Of a stretch of DNA of 64,000 nt, positions 12,305 to 25,020 are shown piece by piece. The position numbers and the translations under genes are program-made. The stretch's first letter is position 1, and each line of letters begins with the position of its first letter. Below the pieces are notes generated by a model. It did not search any database, had not been told where the DNA came from, and worked only from the letters and a program-made list of their open reading frames with translations. Origin of the DNA: Camelus dromedarius (Eukaryota); assembly GCF_036321535.1 (NCBI RefSeq), contig NC_087436.1, positions 103,604,001 to 103,668,000 on the forward strand, in the 5' to 3' direction.

Positions 12305-13859
12305 TGTATTAGTCAAGGTTCTCCAGAGAAACAGAAACAATAGGATGTATATATGTATGTATCCTTGGCGGAGGGGATGAAGATTTGTCATAAGAAATTA
12401 GGTCATGCAATTATGGAAGATAAAAAGCCCTCATATCTGCAGGGGAGTCTGCAAGCTGGAGACCCAGGGGAACCAATATTGTAGTTCCACTCCAAAGAGC
12501 AGCAGCCTCAAGACCCAGGAAGAACTGATGTTTCAGTTCAAGTTCAAAGGCAGGAAAAATCCAGTGTCCCAGTTAAAAGGCAGTCAGGCAGGAGGAATTA
12601 CCTCTTACTCATGGGAGGGTCAGCTTTTTGTTCTAATCAGGATTTCAGTTGATTGGATGAGGCCCTCCCACATTAGGGAAAGCAATCTGCATTACTCATT
12701 TTACTGATTTAAATGTTAATTTCATCCAAAAATGACCTGACAGAAACACCCAGAATAATGTTTGACCAAATATCTGAGCAACCTATGGACCAATCAAGTT
12801 GACCCATAAAATAAGCCTTCACAAGTCCACCCCTTGTCAACTTAGTTCCCATAGATAACTCCTTAAATCATACTTAATCTTCAAATAAAGACAAGAGCAA
12901 GGTCATAATTCTGCATAACATGATAAAACTATCCTGCGTACAACAAAAAATGTGCCAACCTCTTCCCTAGAAGAGGAAGTAAAGTCCTTGAGAGATATTT
13001 AATCTTCTTTTTGATATCTTGTAACTTAAATACTATGATATAAAATTAATACATCTTTTTATATAAAATGTTATTATTTATTCATTTATTTAATATCCAT
13101 TTATGGACCACCTACTATGCATCAAGCAAAATGATCTGGATAAAAAAATAAATTAAAAACTGATGAATAATTACTGACCACTCATGATTTGAAAGTTAGA
13201 GTCTTAAGCAAAATTATTTAACAAGGCAATGAGCTACAATGCAATAAAAATTTTAAAATGACATTGGAATAAGCAAAATTTCCCAGACCTCACCTAGGAT
13301 GTAAGAAATTTATTTAAGCAATTTTTCCTACTTTTCTACTTCCTTTTAATTTTTCCAAACCATACTCTTTAAATAGTGCCCATTTTTGAGGAAGGTAAAG
13401 TTAGAATAAATGTATTTGAAAACATATTGCTTATTGCTTAAAGCACTCATGGCCTAGCTAGCTAGGGGGTCATTTCTATAGATAAAGAAATTATTTCTTA
13501 ACGAAATAGCAAAGACTGAAGATCAGAGTTCCCTGATTCTCTATTTGTTTTTATCACCTATATTGTCTTGCTATTTTTCATTTCTCTGGAACTGTCTAGT
13601 GTACTGAAGCTTAATTAATGTTAAAGTTAATACATCTTACATTACATGGTAAGAGAATAAGAGAGAAAAGAGAATGAAGAAAACAAAGGTATTTGCATAA
13701 TATATGTAATATATATATTCATACGTACACACAAACATTTATTACAAACTAAGGAGAAAGTACTTACGACAATTAGCGTGCTTGGTTCTATAACTGGTCA
13801 TGTGATCATAGCTGATATTCATAATTACTTTCCTCCACTACCCATTCTGTATTTCCTTT

Positions 13860-16312
13860 GCCTTCAGCAAGCATCTCAGGTTGTCATGGTCCCTTACCTG
13901 GTTGGGTGACCCAAACCTGCATTTCTGCAAGTTTTGAGCCATTATTAGGCCATTATTAGATTGGGTTGTAGCATTCCATTGACTTTACCCACAGGGCATG
14001 GTAATACTAATAGAAACCCTAAGGAATCTCCTTTCTTCTAGACATACTCTTTCTTATCGCAGTCATAAAGAAGTGGTCCAATTTCTCTTTGGTGCTCAGG
14101 ATTATTCACCCCAGCTAGCAATGTAAGTCCCTTCTTTGACTGTTAATTCAAAAGCATGAGGATTCTAAGTTGGTTGAGCAACAGCCTTATCTTCTATTTC
14201 AGTAGATCTCTGTTGTGTCTCCTGGTGGAAGCATCCTTCCTTTGGAACTAAGACCTCTAGGTCAGCAGAACCTAAGGTCATGAGAATGGGAAGGAAAAAT
14301 TTTGTTAGTGGGTCACTAGAGGTAAGTGATGCCCCTTCCATTTCCACCACTTGATTCTTGGATCCCTGAATCATAGCTGTGGGACAAACAGCTAAACTCT
14401 GACTCAGAGCATATATCACCTTTGGAGAACCTTGCCCAATCCTGGTAGATACTGTCACTTAGTCGGAACTGTATCTATGTCTTCATGATGCCTTCTACCA
14501 TTTTATCAAGCTGTCTTGTTTCAGGATAACAGAGAACGTGGTAAGACTAGTGAATTCCATGAGCTTGGCTCATTGCTGCTCTTCATTTGCTGAGAAGTGA
14601 TTTCTTCAATCAGAATTCCTTCTAATACCATGATGGTGGGTAAGGCATTCTGTAAATTCACGAAAATTTTAGCAAAAGCATTGCATGTAGTAAAAGGCAG
14701 ATCTGTATCCAAAATAAGTATCTGTTCCAATAAGAGCAGAATGTTTCCCCTATTGTGATGAAATCAATCCAGTGTAATCAACCCGCCACCAGATAGCTGG
14801 CTGATCACCTTGGGAATGGTGCCACATCAGGGACTCAGTGCTGGTCTCTGCTGCTGGCAGGTTGGGCACTCAGTAGTGTCAGTAGCCAGACTGGCCTTAG
14901 TGGGTAGAAGTCCATGTTGCTGAGCTTATGCAAAAATTCCATTCTTGCAGCCATAGTTACTTTGTTTATGATCCCACTGGGTGATGATAGGGGTAGCTGG
15001 AGAAAAAGGCTGATTGGTATCCACAAGACAGGTCATCCTATCCACTTGATTATCAAAATTCTCCTCTTTTGAAATCACCCTAAGCATTCACATGAGACAA
15101 AAATATATTCAATATTTTTTCATTCATAGAGATCTATCCACATAACCTCTTCCCCAGATTTCCTTGAAACCAGTTTTCCGATCATTCTCCTTCCAGATGT
15201 CTGACCATCCAGCCAAACAACTAGACACAGCACTTGAATTGGTATAAAACTGAATTTATGACCTTCTTTCCTTCCAAACAAAATAAACAACTAGGTGCAC
15301 AATTAGAGTTCTGCTCACTGGGAGGATTTCCTTCACAATTGCCTTTCAGGGATGTCCCAGAAAAGGGCTGTAGTGTTATAACTACCCACATTCAGGTGGT
15401 ACCTGCACATTGTGGAGAACCATCCATAAGCCAGGTCCAAGTCTTCTCTTCCTTTGTCAACTGAGTATAGGGAACTCCTCATAAAGCCAGAAGTGCAGAC
15501 TCAGAGAGAGAAAGCAGTGTAGCAGCGGTAGGGACCATGGCTATTTGGCCCACTTCTTCATATAATTTACTTGTGCTTTCAGGGCCTGCTTGGATTCGAT
15601 CTCATATATACCACTTCCATTTGATTGATGAAGTGTTGCTTTGCACAACTAACTTTATAACTTGGTGGTTCAGATAACACCAAGTTCATGATGAGCAACT
15701 CAGCTCAATGGTAACTTGGTGGCCCATGGTTAAGCATTCAGTCTCTACGAAGGCCTAGTAGCAGGCCAAGAGCTGTTTCTCAAAAGGGAAGTAGTTACTT
15801 GCAGAGGATGGAAGGGCTGTGCTCCAAAATCCCAAAAGCCTACACTGCAATTCACCCATAGAAACCTGCCAAGGGCTCTGAACAGCATCCCTCTCTGCCA
15901 CTGCCACTTCAAGCACCACTGGATGTGCTTGATCATCTGGCCCAAACAGCACAGCAGCCTGGACCTGTTCCAGAGTCTTCTCTTGTTCTAGGTCACATTG
16001 AAACTAGTTTTTTGGTCACTCAGTAAATGGGCTGGAATAATATGTTGCTGTCAAAATCCAAAGAAGCCCACCAGACACAGTGCCTCTTTTGTGGTTGTAA
16101 GAGAAGTCAGTTGTGACAAATTATTTGTCTCCTTAAAAAGGTTACCTGCATACACCACACTACTGGACCTCTAGAAATTTCACTGAGCTAAAAATCCTCT
16201 GAAATTTTGTCACATTTATTTTGTCCCCTCAAACATGCAGATCTTTTGCTAATAAGTCTAAATAGTTTCTACTTGCTCACTAGGTCCAACCAGCATAATG
16301 TCATCAATGTAA
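13860..16312 (-). pseudogene. ERV-L pol remnant (RT C-terminal half, RNase H, integrase, dUTPase) with stops and frameshifts
   Basis: YIDDIML at ~16291-16311; VVLEVAVAERDAV...LGFWSTALPSSASNYFPFEKQLLACY (15755-15952); IQGSKNQVVE...DPLTKFFLP...LEVLVPKEG (14165-14458); KKGLTLLAGVNNPEHQREIG dUTPase-like at ~14075-14140. Confidence 0.9.
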
Positions 16313-16752
16313 CTTACAAGAGTGGTATCATGCAGAAGAGAAAGGCAAATTTCTTTTCATTCATACATTTCATTCCCCACGTTGTCCAGCAACATTAGAA
16401 CCAACCAGCCAATCTTATTCTATTTATTAGTTTGACAAAAAAAATTGTCTAGAAGTATTATATACATAGACCCTTGTTTCTTTTAAGTGATTAGAAGCAT
16501 TCAATGTTTATATTTTGCTTATTTCTAACATGACTATCACACCACGAACTACCAGTGCTCTGTTTACTACTGGAAATAAAATCATTAGCATTTAAAATCT
16601 AATCACATTAGAGAGCTAATTCCAGAAATGCAAGAACTAATTCAGCAAACTCATCCTTAAAATTCTGTTCCTCTAGAACCACTTTCAGTGCCAAAATCTA
16701 TATTAGCAAGAATTCATCAGAGAAAAAGAACAATACATATATATATGTGTAG

Positions 16753-16793
<41 letters not shown>

Positions 16794-17021
16794 TAAAAAA
16801 CTGGAGACCTAGGAGAGGTGATAGTTTAGATCCAGTGTGAATAATTCAAAGGCCTGAAAACTAAAAGATCCAGTGGCATAGTTCCAGTCCAAAGATCAAC
16901 AGTCCTAAGACCCAGGAAAAGCTGATATTTTAGTTCTAGTTCAAAGTCAGGAAAAAGCTGATGGCCCAGCTTGAAGGCAGTCAGGCAAAAAGAATTCTCC
17001 CTAACTTGTGGAACGGTCAAC

Positions 17022-17560
17022 TTTTTTTCCAGCTATATTGAGGTATAATTAGCAAACAAATTGTATAAACTTACATTTTACAACATGGTGATTTGACATA
17101 TGTATACTTTCTGAAATGGTTACCACAGTCAAGTTAGTTACGTTCTTCACCTTACATAATTAACTTTTTTGTGTGTGTATGTGTGGTGAAAATGTTTAAG
17201 ATTACTCTGTTAGCAAATTTCAAGTATGTAGCATACTATTGTTAACTATAGTCACTATGCTATACATTAGCTGCACAGAACATATTCATCTTATAACTGA
17301 AGTCTGGTACTCTGATCACCATATCCTCATTTCCTGCAGCCCCAATCCCTGATAACCACCATTCTACTATGTTTCTACGAGTTCAACTTATTTTTTTTTT
17401 AGATTCTATCTATAAGTGAGATCATATAGTATTTGTCTTTCTTTGTTTGACTTACTCATTTAGCATAATGACCTCAGGGTTTATCTATATCACCACAAAT
17501 AGCAAGATTTCCTTCTTTCTCATAGGGGAATAATATTCACATATTACATATATGTTACAC
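17022..17560 (-). mobile_element. L1MA9-like 3' end inserted into the ERV-L 5' LTR
   Basis: T-tract followed by attgaggtataatt...ttagcaaatttcaagtat...ttaactatagtcactatgct. Confidence 0.8.
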
Positions 17561-17640
17561 ACATATAATATATAATATATATATAAATATCGGGGTACTC
17601 CTTGACCCAGTCAAGTCAATACATAAAATTAACCATCACA

Positions 17641-18915
17641 CTGACCACCACCAACAACAAAAGCATGATGCAATTGAAAAAGGAGGAAAAATCCACCAAA
17701 ATGTCAAGAGGCAAAGTAATCAAAAGAAATAGATGCAAATGTGATACAGGTGTTAGATTATCAAAGTATTTAAAATTACTAATTAATAAGTCAAAGACTG
17801 TAAGAGAAAAGGTGGATAACATGCAAAATTAGAAAGGAAATTTATCAGAGAGATGAAAACTATAAGAAAGAATCAAATGAAAATGTTAGAAATAAAAAGT
17901 ACAGTATTACCTTTCCTGATCTTATCAGTAGTCTTAATAATATTGAGGAAAGAATCAGTGAACTTAAAGACAGGTCAATATAAATGATCCAAACCAAAAT
18001 ACAAAGGGAAAAAAATGAAAAAGTAAAAATAAAAAGAGCAGAGCATCCAAGAGACATGGGAAAATATCAAGCAGTCTAACAGATTTAATTGGAACCCCTA
18101 AAAGAGAAAAGAAAGGGAACAGGGCAGAATAAATATTTGAAGAAATAACCATGAATTTTTCAATATTAATGACCAACACCAAACCCCAAATCTAAGAATC
18201 TTAGAGAACACCAAGCAAGATAAATACCAAAGGGACAAAAGAAACTTTAAAAAGCAAATAAAAATGTGGATATATCAGTCAAACTGCTAAAAACCAAAAA
18301 AAAAAAAAAAAAAAAAAAAAAAAGGTCTTAAAGACAGCCATAGATAAAAGACATGTTATATATGGAAGAATAAAGATGAAAAATATAAAAGACTTCCTGT
18401 CAAAAACTATACAAGACAGAAGATAATGAAAGATGTCTAAACTGCTAAAAGAAACTCTTAAGCTATAATTCTAAACTTAGTGAAAATTTCTTTCAAAAAT
18501 GAGAGAGAAATCAAGACTTTCTCATATAAAAATGGAGAGAATTTATTGTCAGTAGATCCATATTACAAGAACTGATAAAGGAAGTTCTTTAGGAAGAAAA
18601 AATATGACAGCAGACAGAAATCTGGATATAAAAAACGCAGGAAATGGAACAGATGAATTAAAATGAATTTTTGTTTATTGGAATTATATTAAAAGACAAC
18701 TAATCATTAAAGTAGAAAAGATAGCTACATGTTGTAAATGTATAACACATATAAATGTAAAATATAACAATGGCTCAAAGGATGAAAAGAAACAGTTTGG
18801 AATATACTAATGGTTCTAATGGTTAACACTACATGTGAAGTATATAATATTTAAAAGTAGACTGTTTAATTAGAGAAGTACATTGTAAATACTAAGGCAG
18901 CCACTAAAAGAATTA
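17641..18915 (+). mobile_element. Old L1M ORF1 and inter-ORF remnant, right part
   Basis: gaggaaagaatcagtgaacttaaagacagg; aaatatttgaagaaataacc...agagaacaccaagcaagataaatacc; ttctttcaaaaatgagagagaaatcaagacttt. Confidence 0.8.
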
Positions 18916-19623
18916 AAACAATTCTATGTCCTTTTTATATTCTATGATTTTGCTGTAATAGTAAACTATCTAAATATTTGGGAATAAACTGATGACTGAA
19001 TGCCTAATTCTTCTATCAGATACTTACTGCCTTTAGGTATTGTTTATTGGTATAAACCTCTTAACTATCTCTAACTCATGTAAATACTTGCAACTAACAT
19101 GCCTATACTCCATAATTAATCACTTACTCACTTATTATTTTAGGGAAACTGTCTTTTCATAGAGATTGTAATTTTCTTGATATTAGAAGCTTTGCTTTGC
19201 TTTCTAAACCCTAAATCTACCAGAGTTCTCAGCACATGACATGTGTTAAACCAAGTATTATTTATCGATGAAAGCCTTGGTGGTAGATGATGGGTTTTTC
19301 TTAACTTTCTCTGCTGTCCCAGTTCTTTGATATGCGTGGCATTGACCCCTAACCGCCAGTAGAGATGCTACCATAACACAGTTTATCTGTCCCTGGGCTA
19401 TTCATGTCAACTCTAAATGCAAGCTCAACTTACATATTCTGACATTACCTATATCTTGCTGCTCAATAAAGACACGTTTTTGTTAATGTTATCAGTTGTC
19501 TTTGTTTCATTTGAAGTCCTGTTGGAAATCAATAAAACAAAACAAGATCTCAAGGAATGTTATAAATATTCTTGCATTAGAAGTGGGAAGATAGTTCGAA
19601 CTGGTTGAGCTACACATGCTCTT

Positions 19624-20304
19624 CTTTAATTCATGTTTATTGAAGTGTAGCTGATTTATGTTATATTAGTTTCAGGTGTACAGTATAGTAATCCAATATT
19701 TTTACAGATTTTACTCCATTAAAATTATTACAAGATAATGGTTATAATTTCCTGTGCTATAAAATATGTCCTGGTGCTTATATATTTTATATATAGTAGT
19801 TTGTATTGGAGAAATGCAAATCAAAACAATGAGATATCACATAACACTTGTTAGAATGGTTATCATCAAAAAGTTTACAAACTACAAATGTTGGAGAGGA
19901 TGTGGAGACAAGGGAACTCCTGTACAATGTTGGTGGGAATGTAAATTGGTGCAGCCACTATGGGAAATAGTATGGAGGCTCTTCAAAAAGCTGAAAGTAG
20001 AATGACCACATAATCCAGCAATTCCACCTCTGATAGATATCCAGAAAAAACCAAAACACTAATTCAAAAAGATACATGCACCCTAGTGTTCACAGCAGCA
20101 CTAAATAAACAATACTTAAGATATGGAAGCAACCTAAGTGTCCATCAGCAGAAAACTAGGTAAAGAAGAGATGATATATACATACATATAATGGAATATA
20201 ACTTAGCCATAGGGAAGAATAAATTTCTGCCATTTGCAGCAACATGGATGGACCTAGAGAATATTATACTTAGTGAAATAAGTCAGACAGAAAGACAAAT
20301 ACTG
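19624..20304 (-). mobile_element. 5'-inverted L1 (3' UTR on minus 19624-19805, ORF2 end on plus 19806-20304)
   Basis: ORF 19766-20005 contains L1 ORF2 C-terminal text EMQIKTMRYH...KCWRGC...[15 protein letters not shown] cacatgctctt/cacaagctctt. Confidence 0.85.
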
Positions 20305-22059
20305 CACAAGCTCTTTTAAATCCAAAATTCTGTAATTCGCTTCTTGTAAATACGTTCAAAATGGTAACCCATGCCACAAAGAAAATACTACGGCTGTAAG
20401 TGAGAAAGCAGTCGGTTAACATGGCTTCTCCTTGTAGCCAGAAGACTTGATTGATGGTTGAATCTTTATTTACTTATTGGCGGAGGGAGTCAAATCTACT
20501 CCATCCAATACAGGCACATGAAGGGTACTCGGGTCCTGAATCTCAGGCAGCATAGCTAAGAGAGATGGTTAAATGACTGAACACCAGAGACAAAGAATAA
20601 AGAGACAGTTTTAGGGCCAGGCTGATATATTTTATTATCTGACACTGGAGAAAAATGGTAGCAGAACCCAAAAAAAGAAGACTAAATTTTTTATTCGGTA
20701 ATTGAATGCAGATAGTGGAACAAACAAATGCTGATTTATGAAGGACACACCGTAGAATTAGACAAACTTACAGACATGCATTTTTCACCCTGGATGTGAA
20801 GTCACAAAATGCAAATACGTATTTCCAAGAAAGAATAAAGAAAGGGAAACAAGCTCTCTTTTTTTCAGAGGAAAGGAAAAAACCCTAGATTCTTATATTT
20901 TGTTTTTGGTTAAACATTTATCAGCTTGAGCTATTTTACTTTAATTGTTGGTACTTCAAGACCACAAGCTTCTTAATTACTCACATAAAACAAATCTTGA
21001 TGGAAAAAGAAACTTAACTTTCAAAAAAAGTAAAGCAATTAAAACTTTTAGAATGTACAATGGCTTTTTATATATTAATGCCCTGTCTTACTATAAACCT
21101 TATTATGTTTGACAGTTTAATGATACAATCAACTTTCTAAGCTTGTTTTCCTTTTTTCTGTGTATTCCAAGATACTTCTAATGAGATATGTGAAAGATAG
21201 AGAGATGAAATGTGTCAAAACTGAAAAAAATCATGTTCTATAGTTATGCCAATTATCAATTCTCTAGTTACTATCTTTGTCATTCCTTTTTATTATCATT
21301 TTTACTTTGGAGTTTTCAGATGCCCAGTATCTTAATAAAAAATAGAATCAAAATCAATTGAATAAGTGACTGCGATACCTGGGATGCTGAAACTAGCATA
21401 TGTATAGTGAAAGCAAAGTTGTAGACTAACTTATTTTAAAATAGAAAATAATAAACTTATTAAAATATAGGTTAAAGGTGTATAAACATTGCTATATTCC
21501 ACCATTCTTCGGCTGGTCACCAGCTGCGGAGTTCTGTGCTTTTAATTCATTTCAATACCTAATTCTACAGCATAATGACCCACATATTAGTAACACAACA
21601 TTAGCTGGAAGACTAATTAATAAGTTGCTTTATAATGCCTGATATAAATCATTAGGAAAGTTTATATTATTAAAATTGTAAAGAAATACTCCAGTGAACT
21701 TTCACTGCTGGCCATTTCCCGACATGCAGAACCTGAACGCTTTCTTTGTCAAGACGCTGTATGTACACCCTTATTTTTGTTGTTTTCAGTATGGACCAAA
21801 AACAAAAGGAAAATCCCTACAAATTCCTGTGACTCATAGAATTAAAATAAGAAGTTACAATTATATCTTCAAGGATCTTCCTGAAATGTGTTTTTTTCCT
21901 CAGAGAGATTTCATTTACAATATATACTTTTTATAGGCTATTTCTCCTGTGGTAGTCATTTAGAAATTAGCTCTAACACTGCTGTTACCTCACTGGTATC
22001 AATAATGTGATTTGGGCCATTAGCAAAATCATAATTATGGAATTATTTATGTGTTCATT

Positions 22060-22620
22060 CAGCTATTCTATTAAATGTCTATTATGCACTAGGCAGTGTG
22101 CTAAGCAATGGAAATACAATGTTAAACAAATAAGACACAGTTTCAGAATTCTTCACAACCTCTCATCTTACACAAGATATGTAGTCAGAAAGACAATAAT
22201 GCTGAGAAAAAGTGTTAGTTTTGTGATAGCTAATAGGGCATTTATCAACAAGAACCCAATCTTGCTTGGTCTATCAAGGAAGGCTTTACTGACAAGGTGA
22301 GATTTAAATTGAGATATTAAGAATGAGTTGAATTTAGCTAGATTAAGGGGTAAGTGGAGCAGTTGAGGGAAGAATGTGATAAATTCTGGGCGATAGCAAA
22401 AATATTTGAGCAGGATCAGAGGCAAGGTAAGTCAAATAAAAAGTAAGAGATAGGGAAAATGGAAAAATGATTCTGTAGGAAGAACCAAAACCCAACCATT
22501 TAGATTCATCTAAACTTGCTAAAGACTGTTTTATGCTAAGTTAGAGTACTAAGTGGTTTCATTCAGAAGGACGGTATCATTCAGTGCACATTTTCAAAAG
22601 ATTATTCTCTGTGCATCAAT
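22060..22620 (-). mobile_element. L2 3' remnant
   Basis: attaaatgtctattatgcactaggcagtgtgctaagc...tcaaggaaggctttactgacaaggtgagattt. Confidence 0.7.
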
Positions 22621-22943
22621 TTCTTCATATGCAATAGAGGTAATGTGGTCTCTTGTAGCTTTCAAATTCTATGAGACATAAATTAAAAGTCTTGGCAGAT
22701 TTGTTTATCAATCTATATATTTGAGTAATCGTGGTTCCAAAAGACCATTGGCTTGGGTGACAAAATTCATTATCTGAGATGCCAAAGAACGTCTATGGCG
22801 AACTCATTCTGGAAAAAGATATGAGCTTAGCTCCTGATGGCTTCCCTTGTGTAAACTGAGTGATGGCAGAAGAGTAGACACATCCAAAAACATTATGTAT
22901 GTTCTACTCAACCATGTGCTTGTATTTTAGCCTTGCACACAGT

Positions 22944-22980
22944 ACACACACACGCACGCGCACACACACACACACACACG
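22944..22980. repeat. (CA)n/(CG) alternating purine-pyrimidine tract
   Basis: Direct reading. Confidence 0.9.
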
Positions 22981-23059
22981 TTTCTTTTACAAATAAACAA
23001 GGGCTCATGATCCTGAGTCCTTCATACCAATGAGATTATAAATAAAGATATTACTAATA

Positions 23060-23310
23060 ATGTTAATAATGCTTAAGCACTATGTGTCAGGTGCTTTGTT
23101 AACTTTTTTTAAATAGATTATTTCATTTGAACTTTGCACCAACTATATAAGGTGTATACTACTAATATCATCATTCTTATTTTAAAGATTCCTATTTTAA
23201 AACACAGAAAGTCGCATCTGTTGCCCCAGTTCACACAGGTATTATGAGGTTGAAGCAAGATTTCCACCCCACCATTCTTTAGAACTTTAGAACTTGATGC
23301 TCTAACATCC
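23060..23310. mobile_element. MIR
   Basis: aagcactatgtgtcaggtgctttg...ttgccccagttcacacagg. Confidence 0.6.
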
Positions 23311-24769
23311 AATAACCCTAGATGTATTTACTCACATGCACACCCTTGTCCCAGTTATGTTTTGGGAGGTGAGAGACAGGAGTGCAAATGTGTCTCAGAA
23401 AGCATGGGATCCACCTAGCCATACACAGATGTAAAGAAGCCACTGCCCACCCTTGCATTACTGCCACTCCCTCCTCTGCATCACAGTGTTGATGAGGAAA
23501 AGACAGTATGTTTCAGGGTTGACTGGTATATTATATTCCAATAGTAAGCTGGTGTACAAGCAATAAAGGATGAGCTATCTCTTCCACAAAATTCAGAATG
23601 TTCTTCACTTTAATCATTTTCTTTTTCTCTGGCTGGAATTCTCATTCTTCCTCCAGGTGCTGATGTAACTTTTATCAGCTCAGGTTTTCCTGCAGGTGAC
23701 AGGGTAGCATTCAGGGAGAGAGATGGTGGGGAGGAAAAGAGATGCTCATTAGGAGGAATTTTGTTCACATGCATCACACACACTGAGAATTTTAGATACT
23801 CTGCCTGCTTTATCTTCACCTTCACCGACTCCTCCCTCTCTAAAGAAACAGAAGGCGGTGAGAAAGTGGAGGCTGCACATAGGTAGGACTGTTCATCTAG
23901 ATAGGCTGGCAGACTTGAATTTGGGCAATGCTTCTTCCCATTTCAAATTATCCCTTCCCTGCACAGATCACCTGTCATTGTAACATCCATGGCATCTCTT
24001 TACCCCTTTCTCTTTCCCAGGGGAAAATGACTTATCTGACTGGAGATTTGCATGCAAAAAAATTGTATCCCAGGGTCATATTCTCTGACAATGTGATAGC
24101 ATTAGAAAATAAGGATAAAATATATGATTAGGAAACAGCATGTGCTTGAAAATACATGAAAAAAAGATTAGAAAATAGGAGCTGTCAGAACTGGACTCTC
24201 AGAGCAGTTAAAGTTTGGATTAAGAATCATAAATGAGTAATTCTGATTTTTTTCCCATCTCTGAACCTCTTTTCTTTTATTCTTGAATTAGGAAAAATAC
24301 TAGTATTATCTCACAGGTGGTTTTTAGGACTAAATCAACACTGGATACAAAACAGTTATAATAGAACCTAACAGTGCTACTATTATTATTATATAATTTT
24401 GTATTTTATTTATAATACTTTAAACTATTTTATATAATTATAATTATATAAAATTTTAAAAGCCACAAAATTTTATTATTTTACATAAAATATACAATAT
24501 AAAAATATAAGCTGTATAAATTAGGTATATAAATATTACTCTATAAATTTTCCCTAAAGTTAGAAAAGAATTAACAATTATAATAGTCTTGCATTCATTT
24601 ATTTTTTACCCTGATGAACCATGTTATTTCATTGAACCCTCACAGTTTAAGTCTTTATTTAATTAGGATAAGGGTGAAAATCAAATAGCATGCAAAGCAG
24701 ATAAAATAATATCTTTTATGCAGTAATAATAAAACAGTTCAATAAAAATAACCTATTGAAAGACAGTGT

Positions 24770-25020
24770 AGAGCTGAGTGTTGGGGACCAGAGTTACACT
24801 AGGGGAGTATGAACGGCAGCTCTACTACTTACTAGATTTGTGATTTTGGCAATTACTTACCTGTGTCTGTTTCCTTGTCTCTAAACTAGAGAAAAATAAT
24901 AACAGTATGATCAAAGGTTGTTTTGAGGATGGATTAAATTTATTATTATATGTAAGTAATTATATAATTCCATAAGTGTATTTGGAGCAATGTCTACCAT
25001 ATCATAATCACTTAATAAAG
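24770..25020. mobile_element. MIR
   Basis: cagctctactacttactagatttgtgattttggcaattactt...gtttccttgtctctaaa. Confidence 0.6.

Larger units (their letters stand above)
12305..17640 (-). mobile_element. ERV-L provirus with MLT2 LTRs, internally deleted
   Basis: 3' LTR 12305-12823 with polypurine tract (reverse complement aaggggtggact) at 12824-12835; 5' LTR 16699-17640 next to a PBS-like gattttggcactgaaagtggttctag; flanks ctggc/ctgac. Confidence 0.9.

Noticed and set aside
24380..24560. Extremely AT-rich low-complexity tract as a structured element
   Set aside because: No clear periodicity or terminal features; treated as ordinary low-complexity DNA.
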